Shown: positions 37,632 to 52,473 of the stretch, in pieces
Layout: every line of letters starts with the position of its first letter
Numbering within the stretch: position 1 is the first letter of the stretch
Assembly (NCBI GenBank): GCA_964035545.1
Contig: OZ037768.1
Location: 22,911,319 to 22,975,318 of the forward strand
Length of the DNA stretch: 64,000 nucleotides
From: Bugula neritina
Taxonomy: Eukaryota; Animalia; Bryozoa
Direction: 5' to 3'
Program-made: the position numbers and the translations under genes
The notes under the pieces: model-generated
The model's database searches: none
What the model saw: only the letters and a program-made list of their open reading frames with translations
What the model was told of the DNA's origin: nothing

Positions 37632-39861
37632 CCTGATATATGCTATATGGGATAGAAGCTGGCAATTATACAACTGTAGCATATGTACTGTGGACACAAG
37701 TGAGACTAATGCTGTTACACTGTATAGTCAATAGGTTAGATCAATATACACTACAAAATGTTAAGGAGCCACTCATACCATATGCCATCATACTACAAGC
37801 ATCTGTCTGCCCTATTAACACAGTGCTGTACCAGTATGCACTGCGCTGTGTAGTAGTTGCAGTATATATATCAGATCTAAGGTGTTGTTGAGTCCAGTCT
37901 GTTTATATGTTGTCATAAAGCAATGTTCATAGTATTTATAGCTTTAAAGCTTTTGTATTTTTTGCTAATAATTTTGTGTTTGTTGGAGATATTTTATATC
38001 TTGTTGTGAGTAGCTTATTTATCCTTGGCAAAATCAGCATCAACATTTTTGCACTGAAATTTATAGTTGATTTTCCTTTTAATTAATTTTATCTATCAAC
38101 TATTTTTTAAATTTGTAAGTTTGCTGCTAAATAAGAATGGTTTATATTTTCATAGCAATTTTATTGTTCCATAATACAATAAAACAACATGGTTGAAATG
38201 TAAATAGGAAACTATTGAAAATAAATATTGTTTTAGAACTTGATATAGATTAGCAGTATCACAACTTCAATACAACCATAATAATTATATGTATCATTAA
38301 AAAATCTCTTTTTCTAGGTATTGTTTTATGGCAAATTATACCACATTGCATTAACATTGCATGTTTCATAATATATTATTCAATAAAAACATCTGTGCAA
38401 AATAGGTAAAAAATGTACTATATGGGTTATTTTTAATTGGCATGAATTATTGTCAAAAATACGAAAACAATTTTACACAAACGCATAACAAATGAAATTC
38501 CAATCATGATGTTATCCATTGGTTAATCACACTGTCAATATAAAAACTTTGCTAAAAAAATATTTTCAGATCGAGCAAACAGCAAATAAAAAATGAAGAC
38601 ATGAAATGGGGACACAACTCCAACCTATGGTTATCATATTGCCCAAATGTTGTCTTCATTTTAAATAAGCAGTGTGTACAACTATACCATAATAAATAAA
38701 TACATATATTGAGTAACTGTGAACATTGGACAATATGAATTAGTAAACCACAATTAAAACGCACCATATTTAAGAATTCAAACAATAATGATAATAATAT
38801 ATTGAGTGGGTTCACCATTGAAATGATTATGACTGGTCAGCTATGAATGATGGTATATGATAGGATATAATAGTTATTATGACTGCTTCGTACTACCTAA
38901 TATATCAAAACATAAATATAATATAGATTCATATTGGAGCTTAGGATTCAGATTATAATACATATAATTATGTGTGTGTATATTATACACATCAAGTACG
39001 AAATTATGAAAATAAACATTTAAATACTTAATACCGCCAATTCCAACAGTTGAGGCTATTCTTGATCATTTTCATTCTGGATACTCTAATGATAAGCTGG
39101 ACAAGACATAAAATTCACAAAAACAACAAAAATATATGACAAAGAGACATCTGGAAAATGAACAAAATTATGAAAAATAACTTAAAAAAATTAGAGTTAT
39201 AATAGAATAGGATATAATTGAAGTTACTGCGATTGATAGTGTGAGTGCACCAGAACTAGAAGAGAGAGAGAGAAAATTATCATCCCGCACCGTATGGAGC
39301 ATGTAACAAAACATGACAAATAAATTACTGGATTTAAACAAAAATAAAATAAAAATCTAATGCATGTATGAGAAGCTACATTAAATAGTTAATATCGTTG
39401 TAAACATGATTGATCATGGCAAATGATATATAGTATGTATAGATGTATATATTACGTGCTTAAAGCTAACATTACTCTTATAGAAAATGACTTGTATGCA
39501 TCATTGACACCATAATATTGACTTAGCAACTTCAACAAAATACACAATAGTGGGCCTCCCATTCTCATTGGCTCACATCCAATCTATTGCAGCAATCATC
39601 AAAATATTCCTCAGGCCAAATAAAAGATACATGTTGTGACAGAATACAGAAATCTATAAGTCAATATGAATTATTAATTATAGCGAGTGACTAAGAATGG
39701 GCAAGATGCAGGAAGACTAATGTTACCAACTCGTTAGCTGCTTATGAACTCGGATAGAGAAAGTTGAATACATAAAATAAATAGTGAAAAAAATAAATAA
39801 TTAATTACTCTATAAATACTTGTAAACAATGGTGTAGTTTGAGGAGGGTGTGCTGACCCAC

Positions 39862-42800
39862 TCAGGCAGCGAGCAATGGGTTGCCACTAGATGGCAGCAC
39901 TATATCGGAGAGATCTACCCAATCTTGATGAGATGTGGAGAACAGATCGCTTAGAGGGGAGTTTGGGGAATAATCGGAGTAGAGGCTAGTAGACTCTAAA
40001 ACAGTGAAACATCCAGTCACTTGATATTTCTGCAGGTCCATTTCTGGGACAAACAAACTATTTCACTCTGAAAACCCAATCATATGAACAAACGAGGTGC
40101 TTCAACTAGTTGACTAGTTCCCTAGTCATACCACACCATGGAATTACCTCCGTTGAAAAAGATAAAATGGCGAAAAATATAAAAAGAAAATACGAAAGCC
40201 AAATTTCAGGTAGTTTGGAAAAAACAAGTCTCCCAGGCATTAAAGATAACAGAAGTTGACAAAACACGACAATTCTATGCATACATATATAATCAGTAAA
40301 TTCAAATTGGAGTGAAAACATGGTGTTTCAAAAATTTTAAATACCTACTGATTTTCAAAAGCTACTAATTTTGATCAAAACAATATTTTAGAAAATAAAA
40401 GTAAGATCAGGTATGACAATACTAACCGTTGGCCATGCTGGTGGGTGCCATTTGGAATCGGCTAGTTGGAGTTCGGGTTTTAAAAGAATTTCCGCTGCTG
40501 AGCTTGAAGTGATCGATGGGAAAGTCGCTGTTGTAGGAGCTCATGTGATTCTGCATACGGTCAAAGAATGCTGCCGTCATCGTAGGGTTGTGTCGCCCTT
40601 GGCCGTGACTGTTATGGTATGAGCCAGGCATCGCTGATAAACAAAACCGATAGGAAATTATGTTACAGTTACTACAGAGAGAGATATTTTAGCAAACTAA
40701 AATTACCAATACGCATCTCAGTTGAAGAGCATCAGTTTGAGATAATAATATACTTAGTAATCATTCATCAGTCTATTGACTAAAACTGTGATGAATGAAT
40801 GAATGATGGTGAAAAGTATTTTACTTAAAGTTGAGTCCAATAAATGGTAAGTTTAACTAAAACCCGAGTGAAAAATAACACAGACAAGCATTATTTAACA
40901 AATACCACCAATATCTTAGCTAAACAAAGTTTATTCAAACATAAAAAGTTAAATTTGTGAAATTCAAAGAGAAGTGAAAAGAGTTTAAGTTGACCATCCA
41001 TAGCAAGAACTATGCAAGCAATTGGGGAAGGGGCTGGGGATGAATTGACTTACCCTATAATTACTGATATTCATGAGGCTACAACTACTAGTAAATTTCT
41101 AACTTTATTCTATAGCAGATAAAAACTGTATGAGTGGAAGTTTCATCAATTTTAATTAGCAACTACAGGTCACTTTAGAACTAGTTGCTCCTGTAGTATT
41201 TCAATAGTAGAGGGTGTAAGAGGCAGCATAATGTTTACTAGACAGATGTGAGCTGCCACTTCAGAGTTTGCTGCATCCTAGCTGACTTTCACATCTGCTT
41301 GTATGAGATAGTCATCATTATGTATTGATTAAAGCTCTTGTACATATTACCAGTTAATATTATAGGATTTCTCCACTACTCCAACTAGTACTAATACTAC
41401 TAATACTACTAGTATTACTACACTAATACTACTAGTACTAATAGTAGTACTACTACTAATACTACTAGTACTAATAGTAGTACTAGTACTACTACTGCTA
41501 CTATTATACTACTACTTACATCGGCTGCAGTTCTCTGTAGGGGAAAGCCTACTGGATCGTTTCGCCTGATTCTTGAACTTTGTTGAACCAAACTTGGTCT
41601 GTGCAAACATGGCTGCAGTCATTGTTTTGTTGTTGCTATTGACGACGTTGGCTCTCTGGGCAAGCATGGAAGGCCCACCGAAAGTGAAAGCCTGGTGCTG
41701 CATTGACTGGGGAGGAGGTAAAGGGTTGGTTGCTGCGTTGAAAGGACTGGGCTCTACACTCCAAGATGGGAGAGATGCTGTCAATAAGAAATGAGAGAAT
41801 TGAAGCTCTGAAAGGACCTGCTGTACAACAACTAGGACTAGGCATGATGTCTAGGACTACACATGATGTCTAGGACTACACATGATGTCTAGGACTACAC
41901 ATGATGTCTAGGACTACACATGATGTCTAGGACTACACGTGATGTCTAGGACTACACGTGATGTCTAGGAGAGTGGCATACAGGTAGCAGCTGTGCTAGA
42001 TAGGCTAGACTAGCTGTGGGCTCATTTAGTCATGACTTAAGCACGTCTCTAATACGGAACTGAAACACCTGTAAGCTACCAGCTGGTATAACACAAGGTG
42101 AGTGCTCAGTCACACCTGCTTCCGCTCTCAAGACCTCTCACCTGACTTTGAGGGAGACATGGGTGTCCACGGGTTGGTGGTGCTGGTCGTAGGCCATGAT
42201 ATGGGACTGGGAGCCTTACCCCAAGGGGTGCTGCCGCTACCATTGCTGCCGCCACCACCAGATGATAGACTCAGGCTGCCGAGTGAAGACGAGAGATTAG
42301 AGGTCAGTTCATCTGGAGAGGATAAGGGAGATGTACTCACTGCAACAGGAAACTGTAGTTAAACACAGCATCTACTGGTAAGACAATAGAAATGCTCAAG
42401 TGAGAATAGCTGGAACAGAATAGTAGCACAAGAAAGTTCTAGAATCTAGACTAGCTATGAGCTAAATTACATAAACTATGATTATACAGTCTAGTGGGAG
42501 ACTAACTACTAATAGAATATGACAACTAAGGCAATCAACTCGGAGCCAGCCACCCTTGCAGTCTGCACCATATCAAGTAAACAGGCATTCAAATACACAA
42601 CGCTTGTTTCTAATGAATAAATCTGGAGAACTCTAGTTGATATGATGTTGTGTTGAAAATTTTCAATTATGGGTATACTTAATTAAATTTCAATGGCAAA
42701 AAGAACAATAATTATTACAAATCTCAATCAGTTCAGCTAGAGGTATCGCTGTGTATATCACTGATATTGTGTTTATATTTGAACACAATAATACTGTATA

Positions 42801-45800
42801 TTTAGTCAATTCCCTGCTTTGTATTGTATAATTATATATCAATTTAGATTGATATCTGATTGAACTGTGTTCTATTCTAATGCAGAGCAGTAACAATACT
42901 TTGACTGGCATTGTTCTACTAGAGAGAGAAGAGAATGGGTACTAACGGCTGTGTGATTTTCTACCAGCATGTCTGTACGAAATGCAGACATAGCCAAGTA
43001 TCTTACATCTTTAAAGTACAAATAAGAACTGAGTCTATCAGAAAATGCTTCACTTGTTAACATCTCGGAATAAGAAGATAGTCTACTGTTTGTATACTGC
43101 ATGTAAACCTACTACAGGCAGTGTAAAGCACCCCCTAGTATTCTATCAATTTATAACTAATTACCAGGAAAGAATTTTATCCATTATACATTGTTTGTAT
43201 ACATCACCTTCACAATAAAAGCTTTTTGTATAATATTAATCCCTACTTGCATGTATCTATAAAGCCATAAAGGCTACAGCTACAGCTACACATGGGTTGG
43301 GTGAAACCAAAAGGTTATAATTGCCATAGAGACGAGATTTTCTGGTTACAACATACTGCAGGCAATCCAATCCCACACAAACTATACCCCAAAGGAGTTG
43401 CTAATGAACTTTATGCTAAGACAAGCACATAGCAAATAGTAGCAAATAATAGAATACCTTCAGGCATTCCACTCCAAGGCACTGGGATGCTAATACTACT
43501 AGAAAATTCTTTAATAACAGCTGGAGTGTCTAACAGACAAAATTCTCCTCAATAACAAGTTACAACTTTCATTTTTCTAACCAAAGATATTGAAGAATTT
43601 GTCCATGAACAGTGGCATGCTGACTATGGCATGCTGACTATGGTATGGGGTGATGAGGCAGCAGGATTATGTAAACACACACGCTGGTGTGACCACTACT
43701 AGGCTGGCAGCAGGGGCTGACACAACTGCTGCCTTATGACCTGTCAACTTTCTCAATGGTAAACAGAGCTACATACCAGCGGGTGCAGACGGCATGGTGG
43801 CAGGAAATGTAGGCGGGACAGGTGGTCTAACGGCCACATCATCAACTAAGTCTGCTAGCGGTGCTGCCGTAGTTCCAGTGCCGACAGCGCGTCTCTCAGA
43901 GTATAAGATTCTAACATGCTCCTTATCCGATCCTTTCTCTCCTACACTGAAGGACACCTCACCTGGGTCAATCCAAATGGTCAGGTCTTTAGGTAAATAG
44001 TTCAACACCTCTTGCAGGTCTATACCTACAAACGATGCCAACGTAAATCACATGACAGGCAGCGGACCAACAGACAGACATGTGATATGCAGACTAGAAG
44101 ACTAGAAGTACATAGCTAAGCTGGGGCAGGCATTTCATAGGTGAACAGCAATTTGTGTTATTTCAGCTTGTTTATACCCATTATAAAACATCTTCCTAGC
44201 TAAACATAGACTCTATAAATAGTAGGGATGGGCTTGACACAACATGAGTGGCTGTTGAATAAAATATGTCGTCTGCCTGGTAAAGCTGCAGAGATAATAC
44301 GATAAGTTGGGCAGAACGTGACTCTACGAATATCTCTCGCTTTGCACTGCAATCTCATGTGTAGCTGGCAGATGGCATGCTACACAGAGCCGAGCAAATA
44401 CCAGGAAATGGTAATCACCACGGTTACTGTGAAGCAATACACAAACAAGAGCTCAACATTCCATCAGATATCCATGGCAGTAAGACTTTATAACTAAGGA
44501 TAGCTTAAGCAACCTTAAAACTAATAATTTTAAGGAGGGCGTGGTCTCAGATATCCAAAGCCCCTCCAAAGGCTCAAAGTAGTGCCCATGTTGGCTATGA
44601 GAACTAAGCTGGGAAGTACCATTATGGGGCTGCCACACTACAGTCAAAACGGCCATCTTGAACGCGTTTTCGAGGCTAAGCGATGACCTCTGTGACGTCA
44701 CAACTGTCTGATTTCTGAACGCAACTGTCAGTTTTTAGCGATGCGATGAAAGTTCGACATGTTGAACTGTCATCGCTGAAGTTGAGCGATCAGCCAATCA
44801 CTGACTGGCCAGGTGAACCCTGATTGGTTAAGTGCTTTTACTTTTTCCACGTGCTACTAGCGAGCATTATTATTTGATTTGGTTCTTCGAAAATTATATT
44901 ATTTTACTTTTAAAATAATTATGATGAAGTTATGTATGAAAGTTTCAATAAATCATGAAAATAAGTATTCATTAGATAAATTTTGCTGAATTTTATCTGC
45001 ATATTTAGTTTTTCTAATTTGGTTGAATTTTATTAGCGTACTATTTAGTTCTTTAGGCTAGTGAATGAGCTTGAATAAAGCCAAGTAACATCATTAAATA
45101 AAGCTAGTAATTTTGAATAATTGAAGCTAGTAAATTAAATTAAAAATAACTAAAAAATCTTATTAAATTATGCTAGTAAATCTCAAAAATTGCGTTAAAT
45201 TTGATTGTTGGTTACTGTGGCTACTGCAGAAACTGAGTTATGGCATTCCTATTGGTTAAAAGTTTACTGAGGGGCTAGAGACAGTTAGCTTTCATCGTTT
45301 GTAGTGAACTGTAGTGTGACCAGCAAAAAGTAGGACGTGACGTTGAAGGCATGCGCAAGCAGCTCCAAAATGGCCGCCACAGTCGCGTTTCGACTGTAGT
45401 GTGTTACAGGCATTACCATATAGGGTGTTTATGTAGTACACATTTCCGGAATGTGCTGCAAGCCCGAAGATATAAATACTGCTGACACTATAGACGTAAT
45501 ATGCAACGCAACTTAAAGAAAGCTGTTAAGTTACTTGTTTTCCATTAATCTAATATTAAGAAAGTTAGAAAGACAAGCATATGAAAACACTGGACAAGCT
45601 GGTTTTCTGCTATAACAGATCCAACAGATAGAACAAGGCATACATATATTATATGTAACTACTTATAAAATTTTTTGCCTCTACCGGAGGTTTGAACCAG
45701 CTACCTCCAGTCTCACAAGCTGGTGCTCTAACCACTACACCACAGGGGCTACTGGGTAAACGCAACACTACACTACCAAGTAGACCAAGTAATTTACTGT

Positions 45801-46054
45801 AAGGTAACAAGGAGTAACGTCTTACCGGAGTTTCTAGCTGCATATATAAAGAGAGGGTCAATTTTCTCTCCCGTCACATTAACACATCTGTATGCCGCTC
45901 CTTTACTAGGGTTTCCGGGGTACCAATGACCTTGAAACTTGTTAAAAATTCCCTTTTCAACTTCCTCGGCGAAGGCATTAACTCGTCTCCTCGGGAGTTT
46001 ATTATACAAGCTGCCGGCTATCAGGTTAATGGCAGCGCCTACCTCCAAGTGCAT
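39862..46054 (-). CDS. Tob: Tob-family (BTG/Tob) antiproliferative deadenylation cofactor, ~440 aa
   Basis: Exons 46054-45826, 44025-43777, 42339-42142, 41777-41520, 40633-40427, 40043-39862 (1323 nt). Motifs LYNKLPRRRVNAF, GHWYPGNPSKGAAYRC, LPKDLTIWIDPGEVSF and the Tob-specific FAQTKFGSTKFK. The last exon is the least certain. Confidence 0.92.
41375..41515. repeat. (TAC/TAA/TAG)n microsatellite directly after the Tob exon-4 donor
   Basis: Trinucleotide run abutting GTAAGT at 41519 (minus strand). Confidence 0.85.
41832..41970. repeat. 19-bp minisatellite, 7 copies
   Basis: Unit CTAGGACTACACATGATGT. Confidence 0.95.
44625..45412. mobile_element. MITE, PIF/Harbinger-like, 788 bp
   Basis: Imperfect TIRs sharing CACACTACAGTC(A/G)AAAC and GGCCAT(C/T)TTG; TTA on both sides (44622-24, 45413-15); AT-rich non-coding core. 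Confidence 0.75.
45664..45772 (-). mobile_element. short tRNA-derived interspersed repeat, copy 2
   Basis: Reverse complement aligns along its length with 650-756, including the leader TGTAGTGTTG.GTTTACCCA.TAG and the tail TAGAGGCAAAAATTTTATA. Confidence 0.7.
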
Positions 46055-49000
46055 GATCTCAATTTGTATCTCTAATTATCCACACTTCTAAAATGCAGAA
46101 TACAGTTTCCTTACAACTTATCAACACTACACAGAAATACACTCAGTAGCCTGTAAGTGTTGAACATAACGATGTAATACCAAATATGTGATTGTTGAAC
46201 TTCTGTTAATAACAAACTAAAATATGTTACGCCTCTAAGAAATGTTGGGTCACCATTACTAATAACAACAGTTACAGCTATACAATCAAACACAAATGAA
46301 AATCACACCCTGGCTCGTGTAGTCGAGTGAGCAGTAGAATGTACAGCATTCATCTGCAGCTAATCGTATCAACAATTAGCAAGCAATGAATAGCCTATAA
46401 TGCTAGTATCAGTGCTCTAGCAACACCGAGTGGGTTTGTTATAATGCTACACACTGTCCAATAGGAAACTGGGGCACAGTTATCGATATCGTGTAGTAAA
46501 TAACAGCATTTCTAAAGAAAAAAGGTTACAGGTAAAGACCATTAGAGCAAACTACCTCTAGCAATTAGCATAAAATGATTATTATTCAAACACACAGTCA
46601 CCAGACTATATCAGTTGTACAACACGTGTAGGCATATGATATGGCAGTTTCGTCATCACCAGTAAAGCTAAATGTTGAAAAGAACTTTCCAGAAGGATTA
46701 CGCAGTCACAGGATGATGACTATGGCTCACTGGCTGATAACTCAGCAACAAAAGTGTGTTTTTTCCTTTTTATGCAGCAAAACTTGGCTATACTATAAAG
46801 TCAATGTTCAAACTAAATGTATGGTTTCTGGAAGTTTCCATTATGATAAACTATTACTAATTGCAATAATTACAATGCATAGAAATCTCACAAGCTACTT
46901 TTGTTACACTACAATTTTTCGATTGATGCGCTTGCTATAGCAATCAGTGCAATTTTAAGGCAAAACATTATTTCAAGTGAATATCTTTTAAATACAAGAA
47001 TTTATGTAAGAAACACTACTCTAAAGTAGCTGCTATAGACTGCAGAGTAGTTACACTGCATTAAATTAATAACCTAGACACTTACCTATATACTTTCAAG
47101 TGTAATTACCAACTTATTAGTACAGTAATGCACAATAATACTAAATGTATTTAGCTGTGAGGTAACAATGCAAATGAAGCCAGTAATTGAATATTCTAAA
47201 AACTAACCACAGCTAATTGTGCAACACCAAACATGGGAAATCATTATACAGAAGCTAATAAAAATATTGGGTAATACAAATTTCCCAACCTCCACATTTG
47301 ATTAGGTTGTAACTAGAAATTTCTATGCCAGAATTATACAAGCCGTGAGCAGAAAGATAAAAGTTTTTCTACAAATAGATTTGAAAGCATAAATACTGGC
47401 TAGTTTACGGACAGCTTTAGAGTGCAGATACCATCAAATTATGAAGACTGAGCTTCCAAAGTTGAAAGTTAAACTGGGGGTTTCACTGGGGTTCTCAAAC
47501 CAGGAAACTGTCTCTCAACTTTACCCAGAAAAACATGAATGCACCAATTTCAGTTTTTATTAGTAAAAATGGTTACACGGAAAAATAAAAGTACATTTAT
47601 TTGGGATCAAATGAACACCAAAAACTGAGTTGTGTGAAATGCAAACGCATAGTGACTTGGCATTACGGGCTATTTATACAGGAGAAGATAATTTTTACTT
47701 TCTCCGGTATTCTGCATTATATTACACCAATTAGAGTACAGCTGCAACTTAATAAAACTTTAATCATGTTTATATTTAGCAAATTTTTCCAATTGACTTT
47801 TCACTTCTTCTGTCCTATATTTAATGTTCTAGCTCATGGGCAAAAAATTGAAAAATTTCAATACTTCACCATGGTTTAAAACTGAAACATACGTGCTTAG
47901 TGAACTCTTCCGTGAATAAAATTACTTGTACTGTTCAACACCAACTAAAATGCACACATGAAATCCCAGCAATATAATGTTATAGGTAATAGATAGCTAC
48001 ATGGATATAATATGTGATAAATTCAATAAACCAAAGTTTTATATAAAATAAAAAATATAACTTATATTTAAAGTTTTGCTCAACAGAATTTACTAAGGGC
48101 AAAGTAGAATACAAAGACAAGTAGTACTAATAATGAAATAATTGGCATACATTTATCACTAAAGTGGTGATATGTCTGAAATAGGTTACACAAAATTCCA
48201 TCCTTTACTTCCAAAACTGCATATTCATTTCATGACTATTACACAATGTTTACATTTGAAACTTGACAAATATTCATATGCAGAAAACTAACCTGGCAAT
48301 ACACACAACAAAATGCCATGTCATTGCTGCAAACCCAACCTGGACAGGTAAGCTGATAACTACCATGAATTTGCTGATCACAAACAATTACCACTAGCCA
48401 GCTAAAACTTAACAACCTTACAGTGTTTTAGTCCATATCCATACAGAGTAGATCACATCTTAAATGCAAGAACTAACTTCAGCAAAGCAGAAAGTCACAC
48501 GTTTTTGAAAACTGCTAAACACACACTATTAATTCGTCTATTTGTGTAGGTTTTTTACTTCATAGAGAAAAACTGCAGGAGGCAGTACATAAACAACAAT
48601 ATTAGTCTCTAAAAATAAAACTTTGATGTCAATACTACATAGAGTTGTGGGAATGTTTCCAATACAATTACCTCACAAGTGTATTGTACAATTCATAGTG
48701 GAGGAGTAGATGACGTAACAGAGCAAGAAAAATAATATACCATGTCCTATTAAATCCATATTTTGTATGAAATACACCATCTCTTTTTAACAATTGTGGC
48801 TTTGCTTTGACACAACAAGTTGGCAAGTTACACAGCTAGAAATGAGCTATGATATACCTGCAGTATATAACTAAGTATACGTACAGTATACTATATTGTG
48901 TCTGGCTTCTTCAAATAACTTTGTCAAGTGCGTATAGACCCAGAGCTTATGTAGAAAGCTCAGAGCAAATGAAGCTATGAAGAAAAATTGATTAAATGAA

Positions 49001-52000
49001 ATCATGATAGGGCCAGACGCACCTAGCGTTCTTCAGCGGATGAAAAGCAATTCCTTAAAGCAAAGAAATCAATGAGCTGACGACGATACTTGTAACAGAG
49101 CTACGAGCCAGCAAACCTACGGAAAACCTTTAATGACTGGCAATGACATCTAGAGACTTAACTGACGTCTAGAGACTTAGGTGTCAAGCTCTACCAACAG
49201 GTGTTTAGCCGACAGTGAAGACTGCTGTTTTCTTGTTCTATGCGCAGCTTGCGTTGCCTTTTCATTAAAGAAAAAGATATTCTTTCAGAATGCTTTTTAA
49301 TGTAAAAAATGAGATCATTTGTCAATTGCAGGTAATCTAGGTGTAGAGTGCAATAACAAAGTTTTAGACTGAAAACCATGGAGCCTGTTTTTGGTAAAGA
49401 TTGCGCAGGAAAACTACATTAGATTAAAATAAATCTGAATTCTAACAGCAAAACTTTTTCACCATCATCAGGAATTGTGACAGCAACTTGTACCAAGAAA
49501 TAAATTCAGAGAACTACAAACGCAGAAATGAATCTAACAAACCTGTTCAAAACACAGCCAATACTGTCTGTAACACCAGTTTTTAAACAATATAGTAGAA
49601 CCGAATACAATATTGACATATTGTAAGTAGAAGATAGTAACATGGGAAACATTCTATATATACAAGAAACAGTCAATAGCTAGCCTAAGTAAATAAGCCA
49701 AGGAGCGTGTAACTATAGAGTGTGGTCCCACGAGACTAATATTGTAAATTAGATTCCTTGTAATCTTGTATAAGATGCACATGTCATAATTTGCTGATTA
49801 AGTCACTCCAGCCCTAAGCACAGTAATCCTATTCCAGGTCATTATACACTTTAGCTTATGATGACATATGTACATGTAAAAAGCTTGTAGTTGTACATTT
49901 GGAAATCAGTTACAAGTTGGTAGCAATAGTAGCTGTATTTTACAGTAGTTGTAGTACAGTAGTTGTAGTACAGTAGTTATAGTATAGCTGTTAAAATCTG
50001 GAACACCACGGAAAGATGGTAAGGAGTCAAAGGGCCGGTAGATGAATTAATGCATTTACCTACATGCAGGTAGTTAGAGTGCTGGTACATTAGAATGGCA
50101 ACAAACACACTTTGAGTAAGAACTAGGTTTATTTTACTTGCAATTTTATTGGCAGAATTTATCCCAAATATGTCAACTCAACGAGTTTAAACCAGGAATG
50201 ACTCAAACACACATGACCAAACAACTGGTAAACAAACAGGATGTTAAGACTACGAAAACAGGAAAACAGAAATATATATTCCAAGCTCGCAATCCTGCGA
50301 CATCCTTTATTTCATGTGACGGACAGAAACTGCTAACTTTTCCCTGATTCAAATTCTTACAATAAAACCTCAGTTTTGTGTATGTACATCTCACCATGCA
50401 CTATTCTACACCTACTTGTCAATCACCAGATGCTAATGTAACCCCTACATCTGATGGGACCACCATAAACAAAAAAGCAATCTCTAATATCATCACAAAC
50501 CAAACTAAACTTGCAAATACCAGTACATTTTACTGACTGCATTTGGAATTTATAGGCGAATATTTTAACTTTAGACAATATAATTGAGTTATAATTACAT
50601 TGTAATTTATTATTGTATATTTCCCAAGTACTCCCAAAATAAACATAGCTGAAATTTTAATTATAATTATATTTTCATAGATTGTAATTAATGCAAACAA
50701 ACAATTTGAAGAGATTAATTTATTAAAAATAATATTAGCCTGTACATCATCTCACGAGACAATACTTAGTAGACACTAGACATATTTAAGTGTTGAAACT
50801 GGGATTGCATATTAAGACTACCAGTACAATATTAACCCATTTACATCATATACTATTTATTAATTGATCATACACGCATCATACTAGTTAGCCCACATTA
50901 AAACCAATTGCTGTAAAACTTTCATAGTCTATACTCTATACAGTAGATTTGCTATTAACTAACTCATTTACTGGCGACTGATTGTAACTTATTTACTTAA
51001 GGTTCAAGTTAAAAATTTAGCTTATAATGTATGACAATTGAAATGCACTCGCAGATTTGTTTCTTGTATTATATATTTTGTGTCAGTATTAATTCAATAA
51101 TAGCTGGATGTAGTTTTCAGACAAATGAATAATGTCTTTAATAATCATAGTAAAAATTCTAATTCCGTTCAACTTATTTAGTTACAGTATTGAATGCTGA
51201 AAATTAAGAATATGAATATTCTTATAAACTCAAGTGAATCTAATAGTTGAAAAATGTAGCCTCTAGTGTGATTTATAAGATAAAATGCATGCGGTAAAAA
51301 AAGTGCCACTAAGATAAAATTTCCTGAAACCCAAATAACTATACTTTTATTATTTAATTCTCAGATTGCTTGGTACCGACTATAAAAAACTGCAGATCAA
51401 GAGAACAAATAATCAACTAGTATTATTAACAACATACTATTATATGACTTAATGATAGCTAGAACAATATATTATAGGCATTAAATTCAAAGGTCATAAC
51501 TGAATGTCTCACTTTGAATGAGTAACAAAAATACATTAGGGGTATGAAATATAGGCTACTATGAATTCAGCATCAAATATCATGATAACAATTGCAATTT
51601 TCATAAAATTAAAGTTGTATTAATTATCCTCTTAGAATTGATTAGAAAAATATTTATTATTATGGTAAGTGTCACTAACAATAACATTCATAATGATAAT
51701 ACCATTATTGTTATTGCAATCACTATTATTATTGTAATAGCTAGTAAAGTAATAGTCACAATAACCACCAAAGTACATGGACAATCACAACAACAAAAAA
51801 TATCAATGAGATTATTACTTAAAGTCAATCATTAAATCAGCATGAGTATGACTAAGGTAATGTGAATGAGTATTCTTCCAACAATCACAATGAGGATTGT
51901 TATAAACATCATCGGTTGATTTACTATTACTATTTAGTATTTACTTTTAGTATCACAATAAAATTAACTTTTAATAATTCAACTATTTATATTGATAGCA

Positions 52001-52209
52001 TTCTATTTTTATTTACTATTCTATCAGTATTATAATTATTAATTTTTAAACTCAATCATACTAAATTTGATTCCTACTGAGTACTGACTCTGAGTACTGT
52101 CGATAGCCACAAAATAAATAGAATATACAAATGTCAGGCTTGTTCGTTTTTAAATATACATGCATAAATTTCTGCAAAGTATTAAATCAGAGGCTAAACA
52201 ATAAAAATT

Positions 52210-52473
52210 ATCCTTACCAAAAATTGAGAACTCTTTCTGGTCTTGATTAATTGACTAGAGACGCAAGCCGTGATGCATTTACGTGAAGTGCCAGCTGGTT
52301 TAGCAGTTGATTGCTTCTAAACATACCCGGTTTGTGACGTTGTAATTACTATTTTAGTTCTTCCTAATTTTTATAACCATGCCCGATATAAAATAACGGC
52401 GTAATAGAAAGCAGTAACTACTTCCAATTTTGATTTATGAAAATCAAGCACGTGATTGATCATGTGACTGAAA
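52210..52473. promoter_or_regulatory. probable bidirectional promoter Tob/HACL1
   Basis: Minus-strand donor TG|GTAAGG near 52217 (candidate Tob non-coding exon 1) ~260 bp from the HACL1 ATG; CACGTG, TGACGT and TACGTG motifs. Inferred. Confidence 0.45.

Noticed and set aside
39883-39900. CTCF-like motif CCACTAGATGGCAG
   Set aside because: Single match inside Tob coding sequence with no supporting evidence.
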